From positions 8,721 through 72,720 of the IMG/VR virus record IMGVR_UViG_3300043811_000074: a stretch of 64,000 nt of DNA. One strand, written 5' to 3'. Below, in pieces: positions 9,629-19,594 of the stretch. This DNA comes from a virus. The notes beneath the pieces were generated by a model. It had not been told where the DNA came from, searched no databases, and saw only the letters and a program-made list of their open reading frames with translations. Each line of letters opens with the position of its first letter. Position 1 is the stretch's first letter. The position numbers and the translations under genes are program-made.

Positions 9629-10926
9629 TGGGCGTCGGCAATTATTACAACTGGCCCGATCCGCAAGTCAATCTGCCGGTGCGCGAAGCAAGCGGCGCGT
9701 CCCCGGAGTTTCTGTTAGATCAGGAATTCGATCAAGTTGATTGGATTGGTTGGATTCCGTGGTCTTCTGGCCTGGACTTGTTTCAATCGTTGCAAGTTTA
9801 CAAGCAAGCATTTGAGGGATTCACGACAGTTGGGTTAGCAATTCCAGGCTCGCCTTTGATCGGTCAATGGCCTAATACATTTTTATGGTATCAGCGCGCA
9901 TTGCCTGCCAAGCATCCGGCCTATGGTGGCCCCGGCTACATCTGGTGCAAATCCATCAAGGGAGAAGGATTTATTCCAGAAGGCAAAGCCGTTGACGGTA
10001 CAGCACGTTTCGCAGAAGCGAAGGTCCGCATAACCTTTACTACACGTCCTGATTTTCTAATGAACGACAATGATATGCTTGGATTGCAAATTAGTCGCCA
10101 TTGGGACTTTCTTGGTGATATTGCTCTCGGCAGAAGACCCTGGGACAGTACCTATAGAACAACCGTCGCTGATGATGCGACGCTTTTGCGCTATGTCGTA
10201 ATGGAGAGATTTTATCGGTCGCGTTATCAAACGATTCCGAGCTTGAGCGGAGCCAAATGGAATAATCTGCCATTTGGCACAAGCCCTTTATTCATTGCAG
10301 TTGCGCCCGTCTTTCAAACAACCTTCATCATCATCACCGAATCGGAATTGCACGTCACGCAAATGCAAATTCCGATTGAGAACATCCCGCATGAAGCGAT
10401 TGAATACGCCATTGGCAAAACGAATCTCTATCAATACGGCATTGGCGGCAGTGGAGTTTTTAATGACGGCAGCCTGCAACCTGCTTTCGGCCCATTTGGA
10501 CCTGGCACAATGCTATGTATGGCCCCGCAGATTTCCAAGCCATACGTTGCGCCGAATCGGCGTTACTGCGTGGACATCAAGTTTATATTTTACATTTTTC
10601 CTAATGGCGTGACAAGCAGTGGACAAGCCTTTGGTGGTGCAAATTGGGCTTATCGGGCCGATATAACTAACAACCAAAATCGCGGTTGGTTTCCGTTCTC
10701 CAGGAACGGCCTAGTTTATATGCAGCCTAATACTGGCAACATCATGATCCAATTACCTGGCCCAGATGTGTTGGCACGTTCAGCAACTCAGGGACCGCCG
10801 CCACCGAATGACCCGGTTGCTTCATTTTTATATTTTCCGCCAGCAGACTTCAACCTGTTGCATCGCCCGCGCGGTTCGCTTCGACCTAATCCGGACGGCA
10901 GCGTAAAGGTATACGCTTCGGTCTAA
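9628..10926 (+). CDS. putative tail tip/distal tail protein
   Basis: 432 aa, translationally coupled to the TMP (TAATG); call rests on synteny. Confidence 0.45.
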   Translation: MGVGNYYNWPDPQVNLPVREASGASPEFLLDQEFDQVDWIGWIPWSSGLDLFQSLQVYKQAFEGFTTVGLAIPGSPLIGQWPNTFLWYQRALPAKHPAYGGPGYIWCKSIKGEGFIPEGKAVDGTARFAEAKVRITFTTRPDFLMNDNDMLGLQISRHWDFLGDIALGRRPWDSTYRTTVADDATLLRYVVMERFYRSRYQTIPSLSGAKWNNLPFGTSPLFIAVAPVFQTTFIIITESELHVTQMQIPIENIPHEAIEYAIGKTNLYQYGIGGSGVFNDGSLQPAFGPFGPGTMLCMAPQISKPYVAPNRRYCVDIKFIFYIFPNGVTSSGQAFGGANWAYRADITNNQNRGWFPFSRNGLVYMQPNTGNIMIQLPGPDVLARSATQGPPPPNDPVASFLYFPPADFNLLHRPRGSLRPNPDGSVKVYASV

Positions 10927-11294
10927 CGCGACATAAGCCATGCGCCCGCGATGGAGTTGACCACGGAAAGGGCCAGCCCGATGGAGCAAAGGATAATGCC
11001 AGTCCTAGCAAGCTGTTCGCTGCCTGGTTTGTGGCTTAAGCGACCAAGGCAGAGGCCCGTAATGCTGATCGGCAGGCCGAAGATGGGTAGAAGCCAAGCG
11101 ACCATGCTGATGCGCCCGAGGATCATGGAAGTGATAGCAGCCGTTTCTTTCGGCTCGGCTGGTTCATCAGTTAGCGTGGCCGTTGGAAGCGGCACGATCA
11201 GCAGTTGCCGGCAGCGCGAGCAAAGAACTTGCTGCCCGTCTGGAACAGCAGTAAAACCGACCTGAGAGCATTTCGGACAGGTGAAGTGGATCAT
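10923..11294 (-). CDS. Zn-ribbon plus DUF4190-like membrane protein (moron)
   Basis: MIHFTCPKC...CSRC N-terminus, then AITSMILG...GLPISITGLCLG...ARTGIILCSIGL transmembrane segments. Antisense in the tail operon, with an extended -10 (TGCTAAAAT) at about 11335-11343. Confidence 0.75.
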   Translation of the reverse strand: MIHFTCPKCSQVGFTAVPDGQQVLCSRCRQLLIVPLPTATLTDEPAEPKETAAITSMILGRISMVAWLLPIFGLPISITGLCLGRLSHKPGSEQLARTGIILCSIGLALSVVNSIAGAWLMSR

Positions 11295-11358
11295 TGGTGT
11301 TCTCCGCTAGGTCATTCGCCGGGCAACGTCTGACATTTTAGCACAGAGGAAAAGTTTT

Positions 11359-14061
11359 GTGCGTCCCGACAAGTTCAAAGCCATTGGCAACCATCCTTTT
11401 CTGCGGCAATTCGCGGACGAATGGGCGCTCATGGCCGATGCTATCGGGCAACTGCAAAACAACGCACAAGACGGCATCTCACAATTCGACCGCAACGTAA
11501 AACCAGAATTTCCGATTATCGCCCGGATCACGGGCCAAAATGCTGCCGTCCCCTCTGCCTATTCGTGGACGCTGGAAATCGAAGATCAGGTCACGACGGG
11601 CATCTATGACGACAATCAGCAAGCGGGTGTCACGGGCGGACCTGGGACGTATACCGATGGTTCGTCCATGTTGCCGGCCTTCGAGCGATCCGGCAATACA
11701 CAAGTGCCTATCGACGGCTCGGCGTTTGTGGAATTGCATCCGGCCTCAACCGGGCCGTGGTTCTGGTTCGATTGGATACCTGACCCTGACCCGGAAATAA
11801 TCCTCGTTTCTTCCGTTTGTCTCGCTGGTTCGTCGCAGGCCGTCGCGGGCACGTCCACGTTGCTCACGTCAGCCAGCACGCCGACGAATATCACCGGCGC
11901 GGTCCTGACGTTCACAACTACGGCGGTAAACACCAACCTTGAAGTCGTCGGCGTCTTTGACTTCAACCTCGTGGTTGCCGTTTCCCTATCAAACAAGGTC
12001 TACGGCGTGCTGTCCGTGGATACCGTGGCGCAAGCGACCATCGCGGAACTTGGCTCACCGTTGCTCGGCAGTCCCGGCACGACGGCAACCGTGATGCAGA
12101 AGTGGGTGCTGAACCTGGGACCGGGCACGCACACGCTCCAGCTGCAAGGCTACATGCAAACCGTAGTCGCGGGGGACACGGCCACGGCGAGCGCGAATAC
12201 GACGCTGACCGTGGGGCCAAACTCGCTGGCCGTGCAGAAGCGGCAACTGCTGCCGGGCGGCTTAGTAGGACCGCCGGTCTGCTATTACAACCCCGCCGAC
12301 TGCCTATGTCCGGGAAGCGGCGGTGGTGGGCCGGGCCTGGTGCTGACGAGTTGCTGCCCCAATGGGCTGCCGACGGTTATTCCTCTCAACATCGTCGGCG
12401 GCAGTTTTGCGGGCGTCTACCAGCTGGCGAACGCCGGGGACGGTATTGCAACCCATTGGTACTGGACAGGCACGGTGGCGGGTCACACGCTGACGATCAC
12501 GTTGGCCTGTGCCGGATCGGGTTGCAGCGGGTTTACGCTCTTGGTCGTTTGGAATGCGACCACTTATTTCAACTCGCAAGCGCCCGATGCGGGGTGCAAC
12601 TGCGACTGCCTGACCTGGACGGGCACGGGCGGCGGCGCGGGGATCGTGGCGAGCAACTGCCAGATTGGGCCGGGGCCAGTGGTCAACACTTGCTGTCCTG
12701 GTGGGATGCAGTTGGTGTTGCCGGTCAGCTACGTCACGGCAGCGGGCACAACCACGGGGACGATCACCTACGATCCGAGTATCAACGCCTGGCGCGGCAT
12801 TTTCCCAGGCGATGCCGATTGCGCCGCGGCGGGCGTTTTGATCCAGTGCATCGGCGGACAGTGGGTGCTGGAGGCGGGGACGGGGAGCGTTACGGCCACG
12901 GCGTTCAGTTGCGGCAATACACCGTACCTCTATTTCGCCAACGTGCAGACGATCATCCCATGCAGCACGGGCACGTTGATTGTCGGGACCGGCGCAGTCA
13001 CGCCGTGCTACTGCCCAGCCGGGACGATCCTGCCCACGGTGGTGGCGCTATCGGTGATTTCTGGCTCCGGGACGTGCGCCGCGTTCAATGGGCAGGGCTT
13101 CAACCTGACCTATGGGCCGACAAGTGGGGTCGGCGGCGTGCCGGGCTGGACGGGCAGCGGCACAATCGGCGGCGTGGCGGCGAGCGCCATCTTCTATTGC
13201 AGCGGTGGCAACTTCGCGCTGCGCATGACGGGACCGGGCGGGACGGCCGATCTTGGCTTTGGGCCAGCGCCGACGTGCGTACCCTTCCTCTGGCAATCGC
13301 CCGCGTCGTGTTCGGGAAGCGGCGCGGGTTGTTTCGGCTTCTGCTCCGGCGCTGCGGATACGTTCGTGTTTCAGGTCGCGGGCAACAGTTCCAGCGCGGG
13401 CGGCATTACCAGCACGGGCGTCGGCACGGCGCACACGGCCAGTGCCGCCGCGAGCGCCACGATTACGGGCATCACCACCAACCCCGGCGACGTGCTGATT
13501 GTCGTCGTCGGCGCATCGAACGCGGGCAGGACGCTCGCCAACCTGACCGCGACCTACAACGGTCTGCCGATGGAGTCAGCGGTCCTACAGAACATCAGCA
13601 GCTTCAACTTCGGCGCAACGGTCGTGCAGATATTTACTCTGGCGATCACGCAGGGTCAGACCGGCAACGTGGTCGTGACGAACAGTTCAGGGGCGACACA
13701 TATCCTCGAGGCGCAGGCCATCGTGGACAGCAACCTGCCCTTTGGCGTCGTGGACCTGACCGCGACGAACACGGGGACAGGCGTAGCGCCAGCCGTGGCC
13801 GCGACGGGGACCACAAGTCAGGCGAACGAGATTTGCCACGTTGCCTTCTGCTTTGTCAACTCATCGGCTATAACGGTGGGTACATGGAACAGTCCATTCA
13901 TCAGCGGCGGGCAGGACGTGCTACAGACACCGGGCGGGGCGCTGCCCGCGATTGGACTCACGGAGGGCTCGGACCTGTTGAGCGTGACGGGTACGCCGAG
14001 TGCGGGGCTGACGGGCTGCACGGCGTTTTATTGGGCCGGGGTGATGATAACCTTGAAGTGA
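11359..14061 (+). CDS. cysteine-rich tail protein/receptor-binding candidate
   Basis: 900 aa with about 29 Cys. Three central repeats begin SCCPNGLP, TCCPGGMQ and CYCPAGTILP. Confidence 0.7.
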   Translation: MRPDKFKAIGNHPFLRQFADEWALMADAIGQLQNNAQDGISQFDRNVKPEFPIIARITGQNAAVPSAYSWTLEIEDQVTTGIYDDNQQAGVTGGPGTYTDGSSMLPAFERSGNTQVPIDGSAFVELHPASTGPWFWFDWIPDPDPEIILVSSVCLAGSSQAVAGTSTLLTSASTPTNITGAVLTFTTTAVNTNLEVVGVFDFNLVVAVSLSNKVYGVLSVDTVAQATIAELGSPLLGSPGTTATVMQKWVLNLGPGTHTLQLQGYMQTVVAGDTATASANTTLTVGPNSLAVQKRQLLPGGLVGPPVCYYNPADCLCPGSGGGGPGLVLTSCCPNGLPTVIPLNIVGGSFAGVYQLANAGDGIATHWYWTGTVAGHTLTITLACAGSGCSGFTLLVVWNATTYFNSQAPDAGCNCDCLTWTGTGGGAGIVASNCQIGPGPVVNTCCPGGMQLVLPVSYVTAAGTTTGTITYDPSINAWRGIFPGDADCAAAGVLIQCIGGQWVLEAGTGSVTATAFSCGNTPYLYFANVQTIIPCSTGTLIVGTGAVTPCYCPAGTILPTVVALSVISGSGTCAAFNGQGFNLTYGPTSGVGGVPGWTGSGTIGGVAASAIFYCSGGNFALRMTGPGGTADLGFGPAPTCVPFLWQSPASCSGSGAGCFGFCSGAADTFVFQVAGNSSSAGGITSTGVGTAHTASAAASATITGITTNPGDVLIVVVGASNAGRTLANLTATYNGLPMESAVLQNISSFNFGATVVQIFTLAITQGQTGNVVVTNSSGATHILEAQAIVDSNLPFGVVDLTATNTGTGVAPAVAATGTTSQANEICHVAFCFVNSSAITVGTWNSPFISGGQDVLQTPGGALPAIGLTEGSDLLSVTGTPSAGLTGCTAFYWAGVMITLK

Positions 14062-14068
14062 GGCTAAC

Positions 14069-14242
14069 ATGAAATCGGTGCGCCTGGACGGCTCCGAGAA
14101 GCCGAAGCCTGAAGCGCTGAAACCGTGCGGCAGCTGCGGTGGGAATGTTAGGCTCAAGCCGCCTGCCGCGCCAGTGCCGACGGGCAAGCGACTCGTGCAA
14201 CTTGCGCCGTATCGCTTCTTGCTTGTGAGGGATGAGAAATGA
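14069..14242 (+). CDS. small CxxC protein (57 aa, not in ORF track)
   Basis: MKSVRLDG...PCGSCGG...RDEK; GAGG SD; ATGA overlap with the next gene. Confidence 0.55.
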   Translation: MKSVRLDGSEKPKPEALKPCGSCGGNVRLKPPAAPVPTGKRLVQLAPYRFLLVRDEK

Positions 14243-16482
14243 GCCAGCGTCTTGTCACTGTTCCGGCAACACCGTACACGAGCGCGCCGGGTGTCAACGA
14301 TGACACCCACCTGGGTTTCGTGACGGGTTGCTCGTTCGTTATCGACGTGACGCACGGCAACGCTTATTTCTGCACGTCGGCGGCGCTCGGCGCGGCGACG
14401 TGGGTGACGCTCGGCAACGCAGGCGGTTCCACATCCATTACCACGGTCGGGACCATCACCATCGGCACTTGGCACGCCACGCCGATAGGCTCGGCTTACG
14501 GCGGGACAGGTGGCGACAGCAGCGCCGTGACGGGCATTGCGCACGTTGCGGCTGGGGTATGGAGTTACAGCACGATTGCCACAGCGGATATTGCTGCCAA
14601 CGCCGTCACTTCCGCCAAGGTCGATTCATCGGTCATCATCGCCTCGGGCGCAAATGCCTTCACCGGCAATCAGGCAATGGGCGGTTTCAAGCTCACTGGC
14701 CTGGGCAATGCCACGGTGGGCACGGACGCGGCCAACCTGCAAACGGTCGTCGCGCAGATAGTCGCGCTGGCCCAGCTGCCGCTTTCGGGCGCGGCTTCGA
14801 CCCTGTTCGGCGTGGGCAGCGGTGGCGCAGGTGCGATTCATACAATCACGCTCGGCAGCGGGCTATCCATGACGGGCAACGTGTTGAGCGCCACGAGTGG
14901 CAGTGGGACGGTAACGAGCATCATCGCGGGGGCAGGGCTGACGGGCGGGACGATCACGGTCAGCGGGACGGTGGCGATTGACTACACGCAAACGCCGACG
15001 TGGACGGGCACGCATAGTTATCTGCAAACGGTTGGTACTACTGTAACGGACGCATTGCATTTAGAAAACACAACGGCAGCATCGCTCGGCAGTCAACAAT
15101 ACAGCCCCGCGCTTCATTTTAGTGGGCAGGGATGGGCAACAGGAGGCTCAACCAGTCAGTCCGTTGATTATTACTTGCTAGCACAACCGGCACAAGGGGC
15201 AAGCGCTACTGGCGCTCTCATTATTTACCGGCAATTGAACGGAGGCGCTTTGAATGTCTCTGCTCAGTTTTTCAGCGACGGCAGTGCAAGCATTGGCGCT
15301 GGCGGCCCAGGCGGACCAATCGGCAACGGAATTTTCAATGCGGGCATGGGAATCAGAATAAACAACAGTGCCGCATCAGCTCATTACTTGCGCGGCAATG
15401 GGACGAATTACGTCGATTCTGCCCTTCTCGCTGCGGACCTGACCGGCACAGTCGCCATCGCCAACGGCGGCACGAACAGCAGCACGGCGCTGACCAATGG
15501 CTACCTTATCGTTTCCAACAGCGGAGCCATTGTCGGAGCCAGTGCTGCCACAGGCGGCAGCTGGAGCGCCAACAGCAACAAGCTCACCAGTGTTACCGAC
15601 CCAACCAATCCGCAGGACGCGGCCACGAAGAATTATGTCGATTTGGCGGTTGCTGCAATCGCCGCTAAGAATGACTGCGCCGCTGCAACTACAACGGCGT
15701 TGGCGGCCTCGACCTACAACAACGGCTCAGCCGGCGTTGGGGCTACTATCACGCTCACTGTTGCTGCTGTCTTGGTCCTCGACGGGTACACACCGGCGCT
15801 CAACGACCGCTTGCTCATCAAGAATCAAGCAAGCGCCGTTCAGAACGGGCTGTATGCTGTCACTACACTGGGCGTCCTGGGCGTGACACAGGCGGTCTTG
15901 ACGCGCACAACGGACTTTGACCAACCCGGCGATGGTATCAACGGGGCGCTGGTGTTCGTCCTCAATGGCACGACCAATGGCAATACGCTTTGGAGTTGTA
16001 CCACAGCAGCCAGTGTCACCTTTGGCACGACGAACATCAATTGGAGCCAGTTCACTGGTACGACCTACACCGCCGACGAAACAACGCTGCATCTGGCAGG
16101 CACGACCTTCAGCATCATCTCTACCTACACCGGCCAAACCAGCATCACGACGCTGGGGACGATCACGACTGGCGTTTGGAATGGCACGGCAATAGCCAAC
16201 GCAAACCTCGCGCATTCATCCATCACGATTGCCAGCAGCACGCTGACCGGGACGGGTGCGGTGTCGCTCGGCGGGACAGCTACGCTCAACGTCAACTACG
16301 GCTTCACGAGCAACACAGCCTTGCAGGGCAACACGACCTTGGATCAGATTGCGCCGCCAGCGGCGAACGTGGCTATGGCTGGTTTCAAGATGACCGGCAT
16401 GGGCAACGCGACCGTTGCCACGGATAGCTCGACGCTGGCAAATGTCTGGTCCGCGCTCTCTTACTCTCAACTCGGCTTTTAG
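14239..16482 (+). CDS. tail fibre protein
   Basis: 747 aa. Carries NKLTSVTDPTNPQDAATKNYVD and DRLLIKNQ...QNGLY...LTRTTDFD...VFVLNGT modules common in phage fibres, plus internal repeats. Confidence 0.8.
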   Translation: MSQRLVTVPATPYTSAPGVNDDTHLGFVTGCSFVIDVTHGNAYFCTSAALGAATWVTLGNAGGSTSITTVGTITIGTWHATPIGSAYGGTGGDSSAVTGIAHVAAGVWSYSTIATADIAANAVTSAKVDSSVIIASGANAFTGNQAMGGFKLTGLGNATVGTDAANLQTVVAQIVALAQLPLSGAASTLFGVGSGGAGAIHTITLGSGLSMTGNVLSATSGSGTVTSIIAGAGLTGGTITVSGTVAIDYTQTPTWTGTHSYLQTVGTTVTDALHLENTTAASLGSQQYSPALHFSGQGWATGGSTSQSVDYYLLAQPAQGASATGALIIYRQLNGGALNVSAQFFSDGSASIGAGGPGGPIGNGIFNAGMGIRINNSAASAHYLRGNGTNYVDSALLAADLTGTVAIANGGTNSSTALTNGYLIVSNSGAIVGASAATGGSWSANSNKLTSVTDPTNPQDAATKNYVDLAVAAIAAKNDCAAATTTALAASTYNNGSAGVGATITLTVAAVLVLDGYTPALNDRLLIKNQASAVQNGLYAVTTLGVLGVTQAVLTRTTDFDQPGDGINGALVFVLNGTTNGNTLWSCTTAASVTFGTTNINWSQFTGTTYTADETTLHLAGTTFSIISTYTGQTSITTLGTITTGVWNGTAIANANLAHSSITIASSTLTGTGAVSLGGTATLNVNYGFTSNTALQGNTTLDQIAPPAANVAMAGFKMTGMGNATVATDSSTLANVWSALSYSQLGF

Positions 16483-16492
16483 GGGATAACCA

Positions 16493-16912
16493 ATGGCGGC
16501 CAGTAACGTCCCGATCTTCCCGCAGTCCTTCACGTCCACAACGATTCAATTCGCGCCTGGCGATACGACCGCAGAGAAGGACATTTTTACGGCTGGCGCA
16601 GTCGGGTCAAAGATCAGCGCCATCTATGCGTACAGCACGGACACGGCTGACCGCGATATTGTGCTGTACTTCAAGCCAAGCGGCGGAACCGACCTCGCCT
16701 TCGTGACGATCAAGGTTCCGTTGACGTGCGGCAGCGTGGATACGATTCCCGCCATCAACCTTTTGGCGTCGGCGCAGTTTCCGCTGATAAAAGACGCGCA
16801 GGGCAACAGCTTCTTTTACCTGCCGGCCTCTGGAAAACTTCGTGCTGCGATGGGCACGACGATCACGACGGCCAAAGTAATTAATCTTTGGATTGACGCC
16901 GCCGACTATTAA
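16493..16912 (+). CDS. tail fibre-associated small structural protein
   Basis: 139 aa, beta-rich, AGGGG SD, follows the fibre gene. Confidence 0.55.
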   Translation: MAASNVPIFPQSFTSTTIQFAPGDTTAEKDIFTAGAVGSKISAIYAYSTDTADRDIVLYFKPSGGTDLAFVTIKVPLTCGSVDTIPAINLLASAQFPLIKDAQGNSFFYLPASGKLRAAMGTTITTAKVINLWIDAADY

Positions 16913-17604
16913 TCTTGCTTTTGTTCCCGCGATGGAACGCGAACCGCTTCCTCAAGCGTCATGCCCATGACATTGACGCGACGCCATAAGACCCCTTGGC
17001 GTAAACCAAGTTCCTTGGCAATCTCAGTGATGGTGACTTGTCGGCCATGATAGGGAAAACGAAACGAATTGCACCGATTGTTGGCTTGTTCCGTCGCGGT
17101 TGCCCAGCGGCAATTGCCCGGTTCGTAATTGCCATCATTGTTGATGCGGTCGATGGTGTGTTTGGAAGATGGGCGATTGCCCATGTCTTCCAGAAAGGCA
17201 GGGAACGAATCTCTCCAGCGCTGACAGACCTTGATTCCGCGTCCACCATAACGCGGGAACTGAGGCGATTCGTGGTTAAAGCATCTGTTGAGCATCCCAT
17301 TCCAGACGGCGCATTCCGGCAGGTAGGCTCCGCCGTGTTTAACTACAGCGATTTTCTCGTAATTGCGTGGAAATTCCTTTTGCAAGCATTTGCAGGATTT
17401 CGTGTGTCCGGTCTGCAAACTGTTACTGAGTGCTACGATTTCCTTTCCGCACTCGCACCGGCACAGCCAACGGTACTTGATAACTCTCTTTACCTTGCCG
17501 ACACGCTTGCATCCGAGATACCGAATCGCCGTGAGCCGTCCGAACACCTGCCCGGTAATGTCTGGCCCTTGAATCGGAATGCTGATAGAATCGTGTTCAG
17601 CCAT
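16909..17604 (-). CDS. free-standing HNH-type homing endonuclease
   Basis: DITGQVFGRL...WLCRCECG...SCKC; YGGRGIKVCQRW...TIDRINNDGNYEPGNCRWAT..EQANN. Confidence 0.85.
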   Translation of the reverse strand: MAEHDSISIPIQGPDITGQVFGRLTAIRYLGCKRVGKVKRVIKYRWLCRCECGKEIVALSNSLQTGHTKSCKCLQKEFPRNYEKIAVVKHGGAYLPECAVWNGMLNRCFNHESPQFPRYGGRGIKVCQRWRDSFPAFLEDMGNRPSSKHTIDRINNDGNYEPGNCRWATATEQANNRCNSFRFPYHGRQVTITEIAKELGLRQGVLWRRVNVMGMTLEEAVRVPSREQKQD

Positions 17605-17714
17605 GACCTGACCTTTCGTGGAAAAGGTTGCGTTGCGGTTAGAGCCGAAACGATGCTTTCAACATCGCGTCGGCTTGTTTTATTGTACCGATGCCCGAAT
17701 AGAGGGCAACAGCA

Positions 17715-18809
17715 ATGATGGGCGATATTTCACCCAAGGCTAACACACAGAAAACCGGCACAGGACAAGTGCAAGTCTTCCAGACTGCGCCGACGCTCAA
17801 CTCGCCGATCTTCGTAACTCCAGCGCTTGGCACGCCTGCCTCTGGTGTGCTGACCAATTGCACGGGCATCGTGGAAGCGGGCTTTTCCTTCACGGACATC
17901 ACCACGGCGAACAGCAGCACGTCTCAGCATGGGTTGCTCCGAAAACTCGACAACACGGCAACGCATTACCTGGACGGAACTGGGGCATGGTCAACCCCGG
18001 CAGGAACCGCCTATTCCGCTGACGAATCGACGCTGCACCTGTCCGGGACCACGTTCAGCATTATTTCGACCTATGTGGGGCAAAGCAGCATCGTGACCGT
18101 GGGCACGCTCACCGGCGGCGCAACCGGCGCGGGCTTCACGATTGCGCTTACCACGTCAACCGTGACGGGGACGCTCGGCCTGGCACGCGGCGGTACAAAT
18201 GCGGACCTGTCCGCGACCGGCGGCCCGCACTTTTACCTGAAGCAACTCAGCACGGGCGCGGCCGTCACGGTAGGCGCGATCCTATCCGGGGATTTGCCAA
18301 TCTTTGTGGCTTCTGGCGCGTCCCATGCGGGCGGCGGCGTCCCCGATCCGGGCGCGACGGCCTACACCAACACGCAGCGGGTGCTGACCGATCAGTCAAC
18401 ATGGGCCATTGCCAAAGGGCAAATCGTCGGCTTCAAGTACACCGCGACCGACGAATCGACCACCAGCACAACCTACACCGATCTTGCCACGGCGGACTCG
18501 GTGACGTTCAGTCTGGACGCCACACAAGACGTACTGGTGCTATACCACTCCAATACCTACGTCAGTGCCGGCGCGCCCACGGAGTTTGTCTACTCTCAAG
18601 TCTATCTGGACGGCACGGCGCAAACGTCCCCGGTCAGCGCGGTGTTCCTCGCGCCCACGGCGAATGCCCTTGGTCTGCCGCAGATGATCGTCTATAAAAT
18701 TGCTGCGGTGGGCAGTGGCAGTCATACCATTGACATCAAACACCACTGCGACAGTTCCAACGCATCGCACTGGCGCTGGCGGTCCTTGACCTGTTTCATT
18801 TTGGGGTAA
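17715..18809 (+). CDS. second tail fibre-like protein
   Basis: 364 aa; shares the ADE.TLHL.GTTFSIISTY.GQ.SI module with 14239..16482. Confidence 0.7.
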   Translation: MMGDISPKANTQKTGTGQVQVFQTAPTLNSPIFVTPALGTPASGVLTNCTGIVEAGFSFTDITTANSSTSQHGLLRKLDNTATHYLDGTGAWSTPAGTAYSADESTLHLSGTTFSIISTYVGQSSIVTVGTLTGGATGAGFTIALTTSTVTGTLGLARGGTNADLSATGGPHFYLKQLSTGAAVTVGAILSGDLPIFVASGASHAGGGVPDPGATAYTNTQRVLTDQSTWAIAKGQIVGFKYTATDESTTSTTYTDLATADSVTFSLDATQDVLVLYHSNTYVSAGAPTEFVYSQVYLDGTAQTSPVSAVFLAPTANALGLPQMIVYKIAAVGSGSHTIDIKHHCDSSNASHWRWRSLTCFILG

Positions 18810-18812
18810 TTC

Positions 18813-19193
18813 ATGCAACTTTATCCCTACGGTCCTGGCTCTTACCTGACCTCGCAACTCCAAGCGGAGATTGCCGCCGTGCTGCCCACCATCGCTGGCA
18901 TCAATGGCAGCGGCTACGATGCCACGGTACGGCTGGCATCGCTGATTCAAGTGCTGTTCCCGGCCGCGCTCTCCATTGCAGACAAGACGACGCTGGACGC
19001 AAAGATAACGGCGCACGTCCCAGCGCCGATGACACCAGCGGAGACCTTTGATTCTGTGCCGCCGCCCGTGCGGGTTGCGAATGCGCTGGCGATCCTGAGT
19101 GCGAAAAATGCGACCACAACACCACAGCAACGGGCGCATGCACAAACCATCGTGGATGATTGGGTGACGACAATCTCGACAAAGGTGACGTAA
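18813..19193 (+). CDS. hypothetical protein (possible fibre chaperone)
   Basis: 126-aa ORF directly after the fibre gene. Confidence 0.5.
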   Translation: MQLYPYGPGSYLTSQLQAEIAAVLPTIAGINGSGYDATVRLASLIQVLFPAALSIADKTTLDAKITAHVPAPMTPAETFDSVPPPVRVANALAILSAKNATTTPQQRAHAQTIVDDWVTTISTKVT

Positions 19194-19263
19194 TGGGCTG
19201 GATCATCTTGTACGGCTATTGGCTATCATTCCTCAAGGCTATTGGCCTGCGAAAGGACAAAAA

Positions 19264-19581
19264 ATGAGCATTCTCGAATACACAGAAGAACGACACGATT
19301 GGGGAGAGTCCGGTGAGGGCAAGCCTCCGCCCGGCGTCATGTGGGTCTACTACTGCCTCAATGAGCCGAAGATGGTGGACTTCTTGTGCCCGTGCGGCTG
19401 CGGTAACACCTGTCCGACGCACCTGACTACGCCCGACCGGCCCAAGCAGCCCAACGACCGACGCTGGAACTACTCGCCAGGGCCGACGCTATCGCCCTCA
19501 ATTCGCTGGACGGGTGGTTGCAAGGCGCATTTCACCATCACGGGTGGCAAAGTGACAATGCACGAAGATTCTGGAAAATAA
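19264..19581 (+). CDS. DUF6527-like Cys/His metal-binding protein
   Basis: FLCPCGCG...RWN...PTLSPSI....CKAHFTITGGKV; AAGGA SD before ATG 19264. Confidence 0.65.
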   Translation: MSILEYTEERHDWGESGEGKPPPGVMWVYYCLNEPKMVDFLCPCGCGNTCPTHLTTPDRPKQPNDRRWNYSPGPTLSPSIRWTGGCKAHFTITGGKVTMHEDSGK

Positions 19582-19594
19582 CAGGAGGCCAGGT

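Noticed and set aside
12102-14072. 656-aa same-strand ORF overlapping the Cys-rich tail gene
   Set aside because: Arg/Gly/His-rich shadow frame expected from GC-rich codon bias; no motifs or convincing start
16055-18120. Possible DGR template/variable repeat pair between fibre genes
   Set aside because: Differences are synonymous rather than adenine-specific, and no reverse transcriptase is present in the window
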